From positions 1,733 to 65,732 of the forward strand of contig JAZQGE010000055.1 in assembly GCA_045539895.1 (NCBI GenBank): a stretch of 64,000 nucleotides of DNA. Direction: 5' to 3'. The position numbers were made by a program, and so were the translations under genes. Shown piece by piece: positions 17,814 to 28,028 of this stretch; position 1 is the stretch's first letter, and each line of letters begins with the position of its first letter. This stretch comes from Acutalibacteraceae bacterium (GTDB lineage Bacteria > Bacillota > Clostridia > Oscillospirales > Acutalibacteraceae). Under the pieces are notes generated by a model. That model did no database searches. It was not told where the DNA came from and saw only the letters and a program-made list of their open reading frames with translations.

Positions 17814-19811
17814 ATGTGCCTTATCTTTACAGTTTTCACAGGTGTTCTTTTTAAAATTCAGGTTATAGACGGCGAGAAATATGCGGCTGCAGGCTCTTCC
17901 ATAAAGGTCAAAACCGTTAAGGTAGAGGGCGCGCGCGGTGAGATTCTTGACCGCAACGGTAACCCACTTGTCACTAACAGACAGGGTAATTCAATTATTT
18001 TTGATTATTCTTATTTCCCCTCTGCAAAGGAGCAGGAAAAGCGAAACCAGATTATTGCTGCACTTATAAATATATTTGAGCAGAAGGGTCTTGAATGGAT
18101 AGACAATCTGCCGATTCGTATGACAGAAAACGGCTATGAATTTATTGAAGACAGGGAAAAGGATATTGACGAGCTTCGTGAGGATATTCTTGACCTTCAG
18201 AATTATGCAACTGCAGAAAACTGTATGGATGCCCTGACAAAAAAATACAAGCTCGAAAGCTATCAGCCCGCGGAGAGAAGAAAAATTGCATCCGTCTGCT
18301 ACGAAATGCGAAGAATTATTTTCTCTGTCAGCACACCTTACACCTTTGCTCACGATGTGCCGACGGATGTTGTGGCATTAATCAAAGAAAACAGTGCATT
18401 TTTTATTGGTGTTGATGTTGAAATTGAGTCCTACCGCGAATACAGCGACGGAACTCTTCTTCCTCATATTCTCGGCAGAACAGGTCTTATAAGCGCCGAA
18501 GAATACAAGGAGAAAAAAGATGCAGGTGAAAGCTATGCACTCAATGCGGTTATAGGCAAAGAGGGCATTGAAAGCGCAATGGAAAAATATCTGCGCGGTA
18601 CAATCGGAATAAAAACAATAAGCACCGATGCAGACGGTAAGGTTACCTCGGATTACAGCATTGACCCGATGCAGGGCAACACGGTTGTTCTTACAATCAA
18701 CAAAACCCTGCAGGAGATAGCAAAAAATGCTCTCTCAAAAGGACTTGAAGCCCTGCGCGAGGACACATGGGTTGACCCGGCAGGAGCGGTAATTATTCAG
18801 GATGTAAATAACGGTGAAATTCTTGCAAGCTACTCCTATCCGAGCTATGATGTTTCAACCTTTTCTCAGGATTATAAAGAGCTGAGCACTGCAACGAACT
18901 CACCCTTGTGGAACAGAGCGCTGCTGAGCACCTACTCACCCGGCTCTACCTTCAAGCCGTGCACGGCAATTTGCGCGCTTGAAGAAGGCATCATCACAAG
19001 CGACACTTATTTTCGTTGCACTCGCGCACACACCTATCTTCATCATCAGTTCCAGTGCCTTCAGAAGCACGAAAGCCTGACAATGAATGTTGTTTCGGCA
19101 ATCAACGAATCGTGTAACATTTTCTTTTACAATGTTGCCGAGCGTACGGACATCCAGACAATAAATGAATATGCCGCAATTCTCGGCCTCGGTTCAAAAA
19201 CCGGAGTCGAGCTTCCCGAAGCTACCGGCAGACTTGACAGCCCCGATTACCGTGCTTCAATAAATCAGGAATGGATGCCGGGTTTCACACTGCAGAATGC
19301 AATCGGCAACGGCGGCAGTATGTTCTCTCCTGTTCAGCTTGTTAATTACTGTTCAACAATTGCAAACGGCGGCACGCGTTACAGACCTCATTTTGTAAAA
19401 ACAGTAAAGACTGCCGACTATGAGCAGACAGTGCTTGACAACAGCGCACAGATCGTGCTTGAAACGGGAATTTCACAAAGCACATTGCGCACTGTACGCA
19501 GAGGCATGGAGCTTGTCGGTTCAATCGGCTACTGTAAATATGCTTTTAAGGATTTGCCCGTATCCGCTGCAGCTAAAACAGGTACTTCACAGGTTGACCG
19601 TAAAATAAACGGTTACTCCGTCACAACAAACAACGGCTTCCTTATCACCTATGCACCGGTTGAAAATCCGCAGATTGCAATATGTATTGCGGCAGAGGGT
19701 GCAGGAAGCGGTTCTTCACTCGCACCAATTGCGGCAAAGATTTACGATTACTATTTTAACGAAATGGGAACTCTTGACGAGCCTCAGTATGAAAACGAAC
19801 TTTTAAAATAA
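17814..19811 (+). CDS. mrdA: Penicillin-binding protein 2 (elongation transpeptidase, MrdA-like)
   Basis: 665 aa. Transpeptidase motifs STFK (PGSTFKPCTA), SxN (SCN) and KTGT. Follows mreBCD. The 5' end is uncertain (see findings). Confidence 0.88.
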   Translation: MCLIFTVFTGVLFKIQVIDGEKYAAAGSSIKVKTVKVEGARGEILDRNGNPLVTNRQGNSIIFDYSYFPSAKEQEKRNQIIAALINIFEQKGLEWIDNLPIRMTENGYEFIEDREKDIDELREDILDLQNYATAENCMDALTKKYKLESYQPAERRKIASVCYEMRRIIFSVSTPYTFAHDVPTDVVALIKENSAFFIGVDVEIESYREYSDGTLLPHILGRTGLISAEEYKEKKDAGESYALNAVIGKEGIESAMEKYLRGTIGIKTISTDADGKVTSDYSIDPMQGNTVVLTINKTLQEIAKNALSKGLEALREDTWVDPAGAVIIQDVNNGEILASYSYPSYDVSTFSQDYKELSTATNSPLWNRALLSTYSPGSTFKPCTAICALEEGIITSDTYFRCTRAHTYLHHQFQCLQKHESLTMNVVSAINESCNIFFYNVAERTDIQTINEYAAILGLGSKTGVELPEATGRLDSPDYRASINQEWMPGFTLQNAIGNGGSMFSPVQLVNYCSTIANGGTRYRPHFVKTVKTADYEQTVLDNSAQIVLETGISQSTLRTVRRGMELVGSIGYCKYAFKDLPVSAAAKTGTSQVDRKINGYSVTTNNGFLITYAPVENPQIAICIAAEGAGSGSSLAPIAAKIYDYYFNEMGTLDEPQYENELLK

Positions 19812-19833
19812 ATAGAAAAAGGGGAAAGAAAAA

Positions 19834-20940
19834 ATGGATATTATGCAGGCAAAACTCGAAGTTATTGAAGCAGGCAAAAAGCTTGTTGAAAAAGGTCTTA
19901 TCGCAAGAACATGGGGTAATGTTAGCTGTCGTATAAATGAGAACGAATTTGTTATCACACCCAGCGGCAGATCATACGAATCTCTTACACCCGATGAGAT
20001 TGTTCTTGTAAAAATCAGCGACCTCACATACGAAGGCGATGTAAAGCCCTCTTCTGAAAAGGGTGTTCATGCATCTGCATATATGCTTCGTCCCGAATGT
20101 AATTTTGTAATTCACACCCACCAGCTCAACGCATCCGTTGTCAGTGTCATGAGCAAGGATATGGCTGTTGAGAATGAAGAGTTTGCAAACATACTTGGTA
20201 AGGTTGTTCCGCTTGCAGCCTACGGTATGCCCAGCACAAAGAAGCTCAAGAAGGGTGTTTTCACAGCAATTGAGCAGTATCCCGAATCAAAGGCTGTTAT
20301 CATGTCTAATCACGGTGCGGTCTGCATGGGTAAGGACAGCGAGGATGCTTTCCTTATTACTCAGACTCTTGAGGATGCATGCGAGGCTCACCTTGCAAAG
20401 AAGTACAGCATTTACACAGCAAACAAGCCTGTCTGCTACTCATCGGTCCGCGAGGGTATGAAGTTTGTTATCACAGGTGATGACGGAACAAGCGCAGATG
20501 TTGCTTTTGTTGACAGCGAGTGCCCTGCTTATGCAACAGTCCACAAGGATATTTATGTTGCGCGCGAGGATGTAAACGCAATTGTTCAGTCTGCAACACC
20601 TGATATTATGGGTGCAGCTGCAAAGTGCGGCAAGAAGCTCAAGCCCCTGCTTGATGACTTTGCTCAGATTGCAGGCACAACAGTTAAAAAAATCAAAAAG
20701 GATTCAAAGGCAGTCAAGGCTCTCAAGGGCAGAAACGCTGTCTTTATGCCCGACGGCACTGCGCTTTGCTGCGGTCCCGATGAAGACGATGCAAAGGCAG
20801 TAGAAATGGTTGTTGATAAAAACTGCAAGGCTTACCTTGCCGCAGATGCTTTTGATGCGGTCAAGTACATAAGCGGACTTGACAGTGTTATTATGAACCT
20901 TGTATATAAGATGAAGTACTCAAAACAGAAGAATAAATAA
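19834..20940 (+). CDS. Class II aldolase/adducin-family protein with tandem-domain architecture
   Basis: 368 aa. The N-terminal half has the GNVSCRI...ITPSG...HTH pattern of class II aldolases. The C-terminal half looks like a second, degenerate aldolase-like domain. Confidence 0.65.
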   Translation: MDIMQAKLEVIEAGKKLVEKGLIARTWGNVSCRINENEFVITPSGRSYESLTPDEIVLVKISDLTYEGDVKPSSEKGVHASAYMLRPECNFVIHTHQLNASVVSVMSKDMAVENEEFANILGKVVPLAAYGMPSTKKLKKGVFTAIEQYPESKAVIMSNHGAVCMGKDSEDAFLITQTLEDACEAHLAKKYSIYTANKPVCYSSVREGMKFVITGDDGTSADVAFVDSECPAYATVHKDIYVAREDVNAIVQSATPDIMGAAAKCGKKLKPLLDDFAQIAGTTVKKIKKDSKAVKALKGRNAVFMPDGTALCCGPDEDDAKAVEMVVDKNCKAYLAADAFDAVKYISGLDSVIMNLVYKMKYSKQKNK

Positions 20941-21063
20941 GCAGCGTGCGGCTTCACCCGATACCTCATTGAAGCGCTTACCCACAAAAAGTTGAGAGGC
21001 ATCGGTATTAAGTTGCATCCACTCAAATCAGGATTTTATCAGCACACAACAGGGAGCAGAATT

Positions 21064-22599
21064 ATGTTTTCAAAGGTCAGCAGTGTCGGACTTTTCGGTC
21101 TGGCAACATATATGGTCGAGGTTGAGGCAGATGTTTCAAACGGTTTGCCCCGCTTCGATGTTGTCGGTCTGCCTGATACTGCTGTCAGCGAATCACGCGA
21201 GAGAGTACGCTCCGCAATGAAAAACGCAGGTTTATCCTTTCCCGTCGGCAGAATTACCGTTAATCTTGCTCCTGCAGACAAACGCAAGGAAGGTCCGCTT
21301 TACGATTTGCCGATTTTTGTTGCACTTCTTCAGGCAACGGGTCAGCTTCGCTGTAATCTCAACGGCAAGGCTTTTTTCGGCGAGCTTTCGCTTAACGGAA
21401 ACATCCGCCGTGTCAACGGTGCACTGCCTATGGTAATTGAAGCCAGACAGAGCGGCATTGAAGAAATTTTTGTGCCGGCGCTCAATGCGGCAGAGAGCTG
21501 TGTTGTTGAAGGCATAAAGGTTTATCCTGTAAATAATGTTTTTGAGCTTCTTTCACACTTCAGGGGAACGGAGCTTATTGTCCCTGCCGTAAAAGAGAAT
21601 TATTCCGAGCAGTATCTTGAGCCTGATGCTCCCGATTTCAGCGATGTTATGGGTCAGTTTGAGGCAAAGTATGCGCTTGAGGTTGCAGCTGCGGGAGGTC
21701 ACAATGTTATGATGATAGGTCCTCCCGGCTCAGGTAAAAGTATGCTTGCAAAGCGTATACCTTCAATTCTGCCCGATATGACTTTTGAAGAGTCGATTGA
21801 AACCACAAAGGTTCACTCTGTTGCAGGTGCTCTGCCTTCAGGTGTTTCTTTGATTCGCTCGCGTCCCTTCCGATCGCCGCATCACACCGTTTCAAGAGCC
21901 GGATTTTCAGGCGGCGGAGGAGGCTCAATGCCTCGCCCCGGTGAAATGTCGCTTGCCCACAACGGTGTGCTGTTTCTGGACGAGCTTCCCGAATTTGACA
22001 AGACCACTCTTGAGTCAATGCGCCAGCCGATGGAGGATTCGGTTATAAATATCACCCGTGTTGCAGGTACGGTTACCTATTCCTGCTCGTTTATGCTTGT
22101 GTGCGCAATGAATCCGTGTCCCTGCGGCTATTACGGTCACCCGACAAAGCCGTGCACCTGTACAAGCGGCATGGCAAGTCGTTATCTAAACCGCGTTTCA
22201 GGTCCGCTTCTTGACAGACTTGATATTCATATCGAGGTGCCGCCCGTTGATTATGATGATTTATCTTCAAAAACCAAGGCGGAGAGCTCGGCGGAAATCA
22301 AAAAGCGCGTTGATGCCGCAAGACAGATTCAGCGCGAGCGCTTCAAGGGCACTTCAACCTCCTGCAATGCGAAAATGACACCTGCCCAGACAAGGCAGTT
22401 CTGTACTGTTACGGAGCAGGCGGACAAGCTTCTTAAAAAAGCATTTGAAACAATCGGTCTTTCTGCCCGTGCTTACGATAAAATTCTGCGTGTAGCGCGC
22501 ACCGTTGCCGACCTTGACTCAAGTGAAATGATTGACACCGTTCATATCAGCCGCGCAATCCAGTTCCGCAGCCTTGACCGTAAATTCTGGGGAAGGTAA
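21064..22599 (+). CDS. comM: Mg-chelatase-like AAA+ ATPase YifB/ComM
   Basis: N-terminal Lon-protease-like domain (VEVEADVSNGLPRFDVVGLPDTAVSESRERV). Walker A GPPGSGKSM. Walker B VLFLDELPEF. Start set at ATG 21064 (MFSKVSSVGL). Confidence 0.9.
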   Translation: MFSKVSSVGLFGLATYMVEVEADVSNGLPRFDVVGLPDTAVSESRERVRSAMKNAGLSFPVGRITVNLAPADKRKEGPLYDLPIFVALLQATGQLRCNLNGKAFFGELSLNGNIRRVNGALPMVIEARQSGIEEIFVPALNAAESCVVEGIKVYPVNNVFELLSHFRGTELIVPAVKENYSEQYLEPDAPDFSDVMGQFEAKYALEVAAAGGHNVMMIGPPGSGKSMLAKRIPSILPDMTFEESIETTKVHSVAGALPSGVSLIRSRPFRSPHHTVSRAGFSGGGGGSMPRPGEMSLAHNGVLFLDELPEFDKTTLESMRQPMEDSVINITRVAGTVTYSCSFMLVCAMNPCPCGYYGHPTKPCTCTSGMASRYLNRVSGPLLDRLDIHIEVPPVDYDDLSSKTKAESSAEIKKRVDAARQIQRERFKGTSTSCNAKMTPAQTRQFCTVTEQADKLLKKAFETIGLSARAYDKILRVARTVADLDSSEMIDTVHISRAIQFRSLDRKFWGR

Positions 22600-22635
22600 A
22601 CAGATAACAGAGAATATTGAATAGATAATAGATAT

Positions 22636-22664
22636 AAAAAAACAGCAGAGATTTATCTCTGCTG
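22636..22664 (-). terminator. Intrinsic terminator of the metallophosphoesterase gene
   Basis: Hairpin CAGCAGAGAT/ATCTCTGCTG followed on the minus strand by a U-tract (A-run 22636-22642 on plus). Confidence 0.7.
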
Positions 22665-22676
22665 TAACATGAACCT

Positions 22677-23360
22677 TTATTTGATTATTTCACCGGTTGC
22701 GGTGTTTATAACTTTTTTGAAAACGGCAATGTGTGTGCTTGAAATGTGCTTGTCAATATGCATGCTTCCGAAGTACCAGCGCTTATACTCGCAGGCATTG
22801 CTCATTTCGTCAAAATAAGCGTTCAGTCCTGTGATTCGGGCAGGTAACTCACTCTTGAGCTTCATAAAGCTTTTGATTTTTGCAGGCGGCTCGTGAGTTA
22901 TTATGTAGTCAACCTTGCAGTTTAATTTTTCAAGGTTGTCCGCGCCCTCTGCAAGCTCCTGCGCGTTAGGAAATTCGCGGCGCGACCAAGCACCGTTGTC
23001 AAACAACATATCAATGTCGGGGCTTTCGCCGCCGCCCATTGCAAAATATGTTTCGCCCTCAATGTTAAAAATCTGCCCGCGCATAAGGTGGTAGAGGTTA
23101 CCGCTTATATTGCGCGCCTTACCGCCGCAGAAAACACACTGCTCATATTCGTCGAGCAGCTCAAAGTTTTCGTGTGTGCCGTCAATAAAGCAGATGTTGA
23201 ATTTCTTTTTACCCAGCTGCTTGAGAATTTTTTCTTCTCTTGCGCTTCCGTCCCACACAAAACCGAAATCGCCGCAGACAATAAGGGTATCTCCTTTTTT
23301 GAGCTTGAGCGAATCGAGGCGTTCGAAATCGCCGTGGGTATCTCCTGTAACATAAACCAT
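22677..23360 (-). CDS. Metallophosphoesterase (calcineurin-like) family protein
   Basis: 227 aa. Motifs VTGDTHGD, GDFGF, GTHEN and THEPP. Confidence 0.8.
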   Translation of the reverse strand: MVYVTGDTHGDFERLDSLKLKKGDTLIVCGDFGFVWDGSAREEKILKQLGKKKFNICFIDGTHENFELLDEYEQCVFCGGKARNISGNLYHLMRGQIFNIEGETYFAMGGGESPDIDMLFDNGAWSRREFPNAQELAEGADNLEKLNCKVDYIITHEPPAKIKSFMKLKSELPARITGLNAYFDEMSNACEYKRWYFGSMHIDKHISSTHIAVFKKVINTATGEIIK

Positions 23361-23442
23361 AATTTATTCAATCCTTAAATAAGAAAGTAAATGCAATTAA
23401 GTGTTGCATTTAATAATATACTAAATTTGTGAGGCTTTGTCT

Positions 23443-24792
23443 ATGAAAAAAGCAATAATTTTTTTAACAACGCTGTTCCTTATTCTGGGAATGTATGCTC
23501 CGCTTGGTGCGAGCGCGCTTTACAACTCTCAGGTGGAAACTGAAACCGAAATCTATTATATCGCAAGTCTTGATACAGGTACTGTGTTGTTTGAAAAGAA
23601 TTCGCTCAAGCAGGCAGCCCCCGCATCTCTTACCAAAATTGTTACGGCGATTGTTGCGCTTGAAAACTGTGAGGACCTGAGCACCGTTGTCACCGTTAAG
23701 GAAGAGAGCATTCGTATGCTTGACGGTACTGGCAGCTCACTTGCAGGTATCAAGGTTGGCGAGCGGATGACAATGCAGAGCCTTCTTTACTGCTTGCTTA
23801 TCAGCAGTGCGAATGAGGCGGCAACAATTATTGCCGATTATATAGGCGGCGGAGATGTAAGTAAATTTGTCGGCATGATGAACGATGTTGCAAAGCGCCT
23901 TGGCTGCACAAACACACAGTTTATGAATCCCCACGGTCTTGATGAAGACGGTCACTACTCTTGTGCACAGGATATGGCAAAGCTTACAATTCACGCAATG
24001 ACTTTCCCTATTTTCAATGAAATCACAAGCACATCCGTATATAAGCTTCCCGCTACTAACCTTCAGGAGGAGCGTACAATCCGTTCCACAAACTTTATGA
24101 TGTCAAGCGGATATAAAGAGTATTACCTGCCCGAAGCAAAGGGTATAAAGACAGGTTCTACCACAAAAGCCGGCAAGTGTATTGTAACCACTGCCGCAAA
24201 GGACGGCTACAGCTACATTGCTGTTGCAATGAAAGCTCCTTTTTACGATTATGACAAGGACGGTGTCAACGAAAACTTTGCTTTTATGGACACCAAAAAA
24301 ATGCTCAACTGGATTTTTGACAACATCAAGCTCAAGGTAGTTACAGACCCGTCAAAAATAATTACGGTTGTTGATGTTAAATATGCGTGGAATATTGATC
24401 ATGTGCGCCTTGTTCCCGAAAAAGAGTGTGTTGCGCTTGTGCCTGACTCGGTCAATTCTGACAGTGTGCTGGTTGAGCCGGTAAAAGAAAGTCTTCCCGA
24501 ATTTGTTGAAGCGCCGCTCAAAAAGGGCGACGAGGTCTGCGAAGCGGTTGTCAGCTATGCAGGTGAGGAGATTGCACGCATCAAGCTTGTTGCCGCAGAG
24601 GATATAAACCGCAGCCTTATTCTCATGCTTATCGGTAAAACTGGTGACCTTATAAAAACAACCGGCTTTAAAATCTTTGCTCTTATTCTGCTTGCCGTTA
24701 TTCTTTTCTTTATCGGTGCAAACATTTATGTCAACCGCCACAGAAGACGCAGAAGAATAAAAGTTTTCAATTACCGCGATATGCATCGCTGA
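23443..24792 (+). CDS. D-alanyl-D-alanine carboxypeptidase (peptidase S11, PBP5/DacB-like) with C-terminal membrane anchor
   Basis: Signal peptide. SxxK (PASLTKIV), SxN (SSANE) and KTG (IKTGST) motifs. C-terminal TM segment plus RRRRR tail. Start chosen at ATG 23443 (GAGG 8 nt upstream) rather than TTG 23437. Confidence 0.88.
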   Translation: MKKAIIFLTTLFLILGMYAPLGASALYNSQVETETEIYYIASLDTGTVLFEKNSLKQAAPASLTKIVTAIVALENCEDLSTVVTVKEESIRMLDGTGSSLAGIKVGERMTMQSLLYCLLISSANEAATIIADYIGGGDVSKFVGMMNDVAKRLGCTNTQFMNPHGLDEDGHYSCAQDMAKLTIHAMTFPIFNEITSTSVYKLPATNLQEERTIRSTNFMMSSGYKEYYLPEAKGIKTGSTTKAGKCIVTTAAKDGYSYIAVAMKAPFYDYDKDGVNENFAFMDTKKMLNWIFDNIKLKVVTDPSKIITVVDVKYAWNIDHVRLVPEKECVALVPDSVNSDSVLVEPVKESLPEFVEAPLKKGDEVCEAVVSYAGEEIARIKLVAAEDINRSLILMLIGKTGDLIKTTGFKIFALILLAVILFFIGANIYVNRHRRRRRIKVFNYRDMHR

Positions 24793-24917
24793 GAGCGAAT
24801 CAAATACCTCAATGAAGTTTAGGCTTTAAGAGAAGCGAGCGGCAACGAGAAAAGTTATAAAACCCATATCGCAAAAATCAATAAAAAATAAACCTTAATA
24901 TAAAGGAGCGAAAATAC

Positions 24918-27900
24918 ATGTTAACACCAAAAATCGGCGTTCTTAAGGATATGTACAATCAGCTTCGCAAGTACAATGCACTTTACAAGGCGGACCTTGC
25001 AGAGTGGTCACATGTTCAGGGCAAATACGAAGCCGGTGAATATTTTATGCAGTCGGGCGAGAGCACAATCCGTCTTGATGACCATTGGAGCACAGGCTAT
25101 GACGAGGCTCATTTCTTCCGCACTGCTTTTACAGTGCCTTCTGAGATGGCGGATAAGGAGCTTAGGATTGAATTCTTTATCGGCGGCGAAGCTCTCGTAA
25201 AGGTCAACGGTAAATTCTGCGGCTCTGTTTCATCCTCGAAATATGCGCCTGAGCGCGGTACAATTATTCTTGGCGAAACCTTCAAGGAGGGCGATGTGCT
25301 TAACATCGAGCTTGAGGGTGCTGTTAACTCGATGGAATTCTGCGACCCTGCAATGGACGGCGCAAAGAGCACCGAATATACTTTCAGCACAGCATATATC
25401 TGGGTTCCCGATGAAGTGTGTGAGGGCTATTGGTATGACCTTGAGGTTGCCTTCCAGGCACTTGAGTTTATTAAGGACGAGCATATAAAAAGCCGCGTTT
25501 ACAAAGCTGTTGATGACAGCCTTCATGTTGTTGATTATGATTTTGACGAGGCGCAGGTAAGAAAGTCTATCGCTGAGGCTCGCAAGGTTTACGGTGAGCA
25601 GCTTGCCGCTATCCCGTGGTCTGCAACATCAAAGGTTATTTTTACCGGTCACAGCCATATTGATGTTGCCTGGCTGTGGAGAGTTCAGGAGAGTATCCGC
25701 AAGAGTGCTCGCACATTCTCAAATGTTGTTTCTCTTATGGATAAATATCCCGAAATGACCTTCGGTCAGAGTCAGGCCGTGCTTTACGATATGGTAAAAG
25801 AGCATTATCCTGAGCTTTACGAAAAAATCAAGGAAAAGGTAAAGGCTAAGCAGTGGGACATTTGCGGTAATGTATGGGTTGAGGCTGATACAAATGTAGC
25901 TTCCGGCGAAGCGCTTATCCGTCAGATTCTTTACGGTACCGAGTTCTTTGAAAAAGAGTTTGGCAGTGTTTCAAATACATACTGGCTGCCTGACTGCTTC
26001 GGCTTTACATGGGCACTTCCTCAGATTATCAAGCGCAGCGGTATGACAAATTTCATCACATCCAAGCTTTCATATAACGATACAAACAAGTTCCCGTTCA
26101 ATATGTTCCGCTGGCAGGGTAACGACGGCACACAGGTTACCGCGCACATGATGCACCCCGGCTACAACGGTGTGTTCAGTGTTTCTGAGCTTATGACATC
26201 AGACCGCGAGTGCAACAACAAGGAACAGCTTGACACCGCAATGCAGATGTACGGCTACGGTGACGGCGGCGGCGGTCCGACAAACTGGATGCTTGAGCGC
26301 GGCAGAAGACTTCAGAATTTCCCCGGTCTTCCCAAGGCGGAAATCGGCCATGTTGACGATTTCTTTGCAATCACTGCCGAGAAGCAGGAGGAGCTTCCCG
26401 TCTGGAACGGTGAAATGTACTATGAAAATCACAGAGGCACATTCACAAGTCAGGCTTTTGTAAAGAAAAATAACCGCAAGGGTGAATATGCAATTGAGCG
26501 TAACGAAATGCTCAGTGTAATTGCAGGCAAAATCTGCGGCAGCAAATATCCGAAAGAGGATGTTGAAAAGGCATGGCGCCTTCTTCTTACAAATCAGTTC
26601 CACGATATTCTTCCCGGCACATCAATTCACGAGGTTTTTGAGGACTGCAAGAAAGAGTATGCTCAGCTTCGCAAAATGAACGGTGAGCTTTGCGGTTCAC
26701 TTCTTGCTGAGCTTAATGCAGCGGTTAAGACCGACGGCGACAGCCTTATCTGCTGGAACCTTCTCAGCTGCGAAAATTCTCTGCCCGTAACAGCTCAGCT
26801 TGAGTCTGACAAGCTTGTTCCCCTCGGTGCGGACGGCAAGTCACTTCCCTGCACGTTTGAAACGGTTGACGGCAAGCTGTATATCACCTTCACACCCGAT
26901 GAGGCGCTGCCTGCATTCGGCTGCAAGGTATTCAAGCTCGGCGAAAAGAATGCAGAGTTTGATGCAGTTACGGCAACAACTGCTCTTCTTGAAAACTCAA
27001 AGCTCAGAGTTGAGTTTGACGAAAACGGTATCATCACAAGTGTTTATGATAAGGTCAATGACCGCGAATCACTTGATGGCGAGGGCAACCTTCTTACTGT
27101 TGCGCTTGACAAGTGTATTCACGAAACAGCCTGGAACCTTGAAATAAATTACAGGAAGAAAATGTGGGAGCTTCGCGATGCAGAGAGCATCCGCGTAGTT
27201 GAAGCTAACGAACAGCGCGGTGTAATTGAAATTGTCCGCAACTTCCACAAATCTGTGGTCAAACAGAAGGTTATTCTCAACCGCGACAGCGATATGGTTC
27301 TTTTTGACACTGAGGTTGACTGGCACGAGAGCGACAAGGTGCTCAAGGCCGAGTTCAATGTTGCTGTTATTGATACCGATGCTACATATAATATCGCTCA
27401 CGGTGCAATCAAGCGCCCGACACACTGGAACACAAGCTTTGATTACACCCGCTTTGAGGTTGCCGCACACAAGTGGGCAGACCTTTCAGAGGGCGGCTAC
27501 GGTGTGAGTGTGCTTAACGATTGCAAGTACGGCTACGACATTCACAACTCGCGCATGAGAATCACGCTTATGCGTGCACCTACCTGCCCCGACAGAACAG
27601 GTGACCATGGAATCAGCACATTTATTTATGCTTACTATCCGCATAAGAACTCCTGGCAGGATGCCCAAACCGTCAAAAACGGTCTGTGCCTCAATGTGCC
27701 TGTTCTTTCCTCTGCTGCTTCAAAGCACGACGGTGCAGTTGAAAGCGGCACAAGCTTTGTTTCACTTGATAGCGACAACTTTGCTGTTGATTGTATCAAG
27801 GCAGCACAGGACGGCAGAGGCTTCATTGTGCGTGTTGCTGAAGAAGAGCGCCGCAGAGGCAAGGCAAAGCTCACTTGGAAGCTTGGCGGCACAAGGGTTG

Positions 27901-28007
27901 TTGAGTGTAATATGATTGAGAAGGACGAAACAGAGATTGAGTTTGACGGCGAAAGCTTTGAATTTACATACCGTCCGTTCGAAGTCAAGACATTCAGAAT
28001 TTATTAA
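24918..28007 (+). CDS. Alpha-mannosidase, glycoside hydrolase family 38
   Basis: 1029 aa. GH38 catalytic N-domain signature GHSHIDVAWLW. Also WLPDCFG and the QFHDILPGTSI motif. Confidence 0.9.
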   Translation: MLTPKIGVLKDMYNQLRKYNALYKADLAEWSHVQGKYEAGEYFMQSGESTIRLDDHWSTGYDEAHFFRTAFTVPSEMADKELRIEFFIGGEALVKVNGKFCGSVSSSKYAPERGTIILGETFKEGDVLNIELEGAVNSMEFCDPAMDGAKSTEYTFSTAYIWVPDEVCEGYWYDLEVAFQALEFIKDEHIKSRVYKAVDDSLHVVDYDFDEAQVRKSIAEARKVYGEQLAAIPWSATSKVIFTGHSHIDVAWLWRVQESIRKSARTFSNVVSLMDKYPEMTFGQSQAVLYDMVKEHYPELYEKIKEKVKAKQWDICGNVWVEADTNVASGEALIRQILYGTEFFEKEFGSVSNTYWLPDCFGFTWALPQIIKRSGMTNFITSKLSYNDTNKFPFNMFRWQGNDGTQVTAHMMHPGYNGVFSVSELMTSDRECNNKEQLDTAMQMYGYGDGGGGPTNWMLERGRRLQNFPGLPKAEIGHVDDFFAITAEKQEELPVWNGEMYYENHRGTFTSQAFVKKNNRKGEYAIERNEMLSVIAGKICGSKYPKEDVEKAWRLLLTNQFHDILPGTSIHEVFEDCKKEYAQLRKMNGELCGSLLAELNAAVKTDGDSLICWNLLSCENSLPVTAQLESDKLVPLGADGKSLPCTFETVDGKLYITFTPDEALPAFGCKVFKLGEKNAEFDAVTATTALLENSKLRVEFDENGIITSVYDKVNDRESLDGEGNLLTVALDKCIHETAWNLEINYRKKMWELRDAESIRVVEANEQRGVIEIVRNFHKSVVKQKVILNRDSDMVLFDTEVDWHESDKVLKAEFNVAVIDTDATYNIAHGAIKRPTHWNTSFDYTRFEVAAHKWADLSEGGYGVSVLNDCKYGYDIHNSRMRITLMRAPTCPDRTGDHGISTFIYAYYPHKNSWQDAQTVKNGLCLNVPVLSSAASKHDGAVESGTSFVSLDSDNFAVDCIKAAQDGRGFIVRVAEEERRRGKAKLTWKLGGTRVVECNMIEKDETEIEFDGESFEFTYRPFEVKTFRIY

Positions 28008-28028
28008 TAAATTTTTTGAGGGAAAGAT

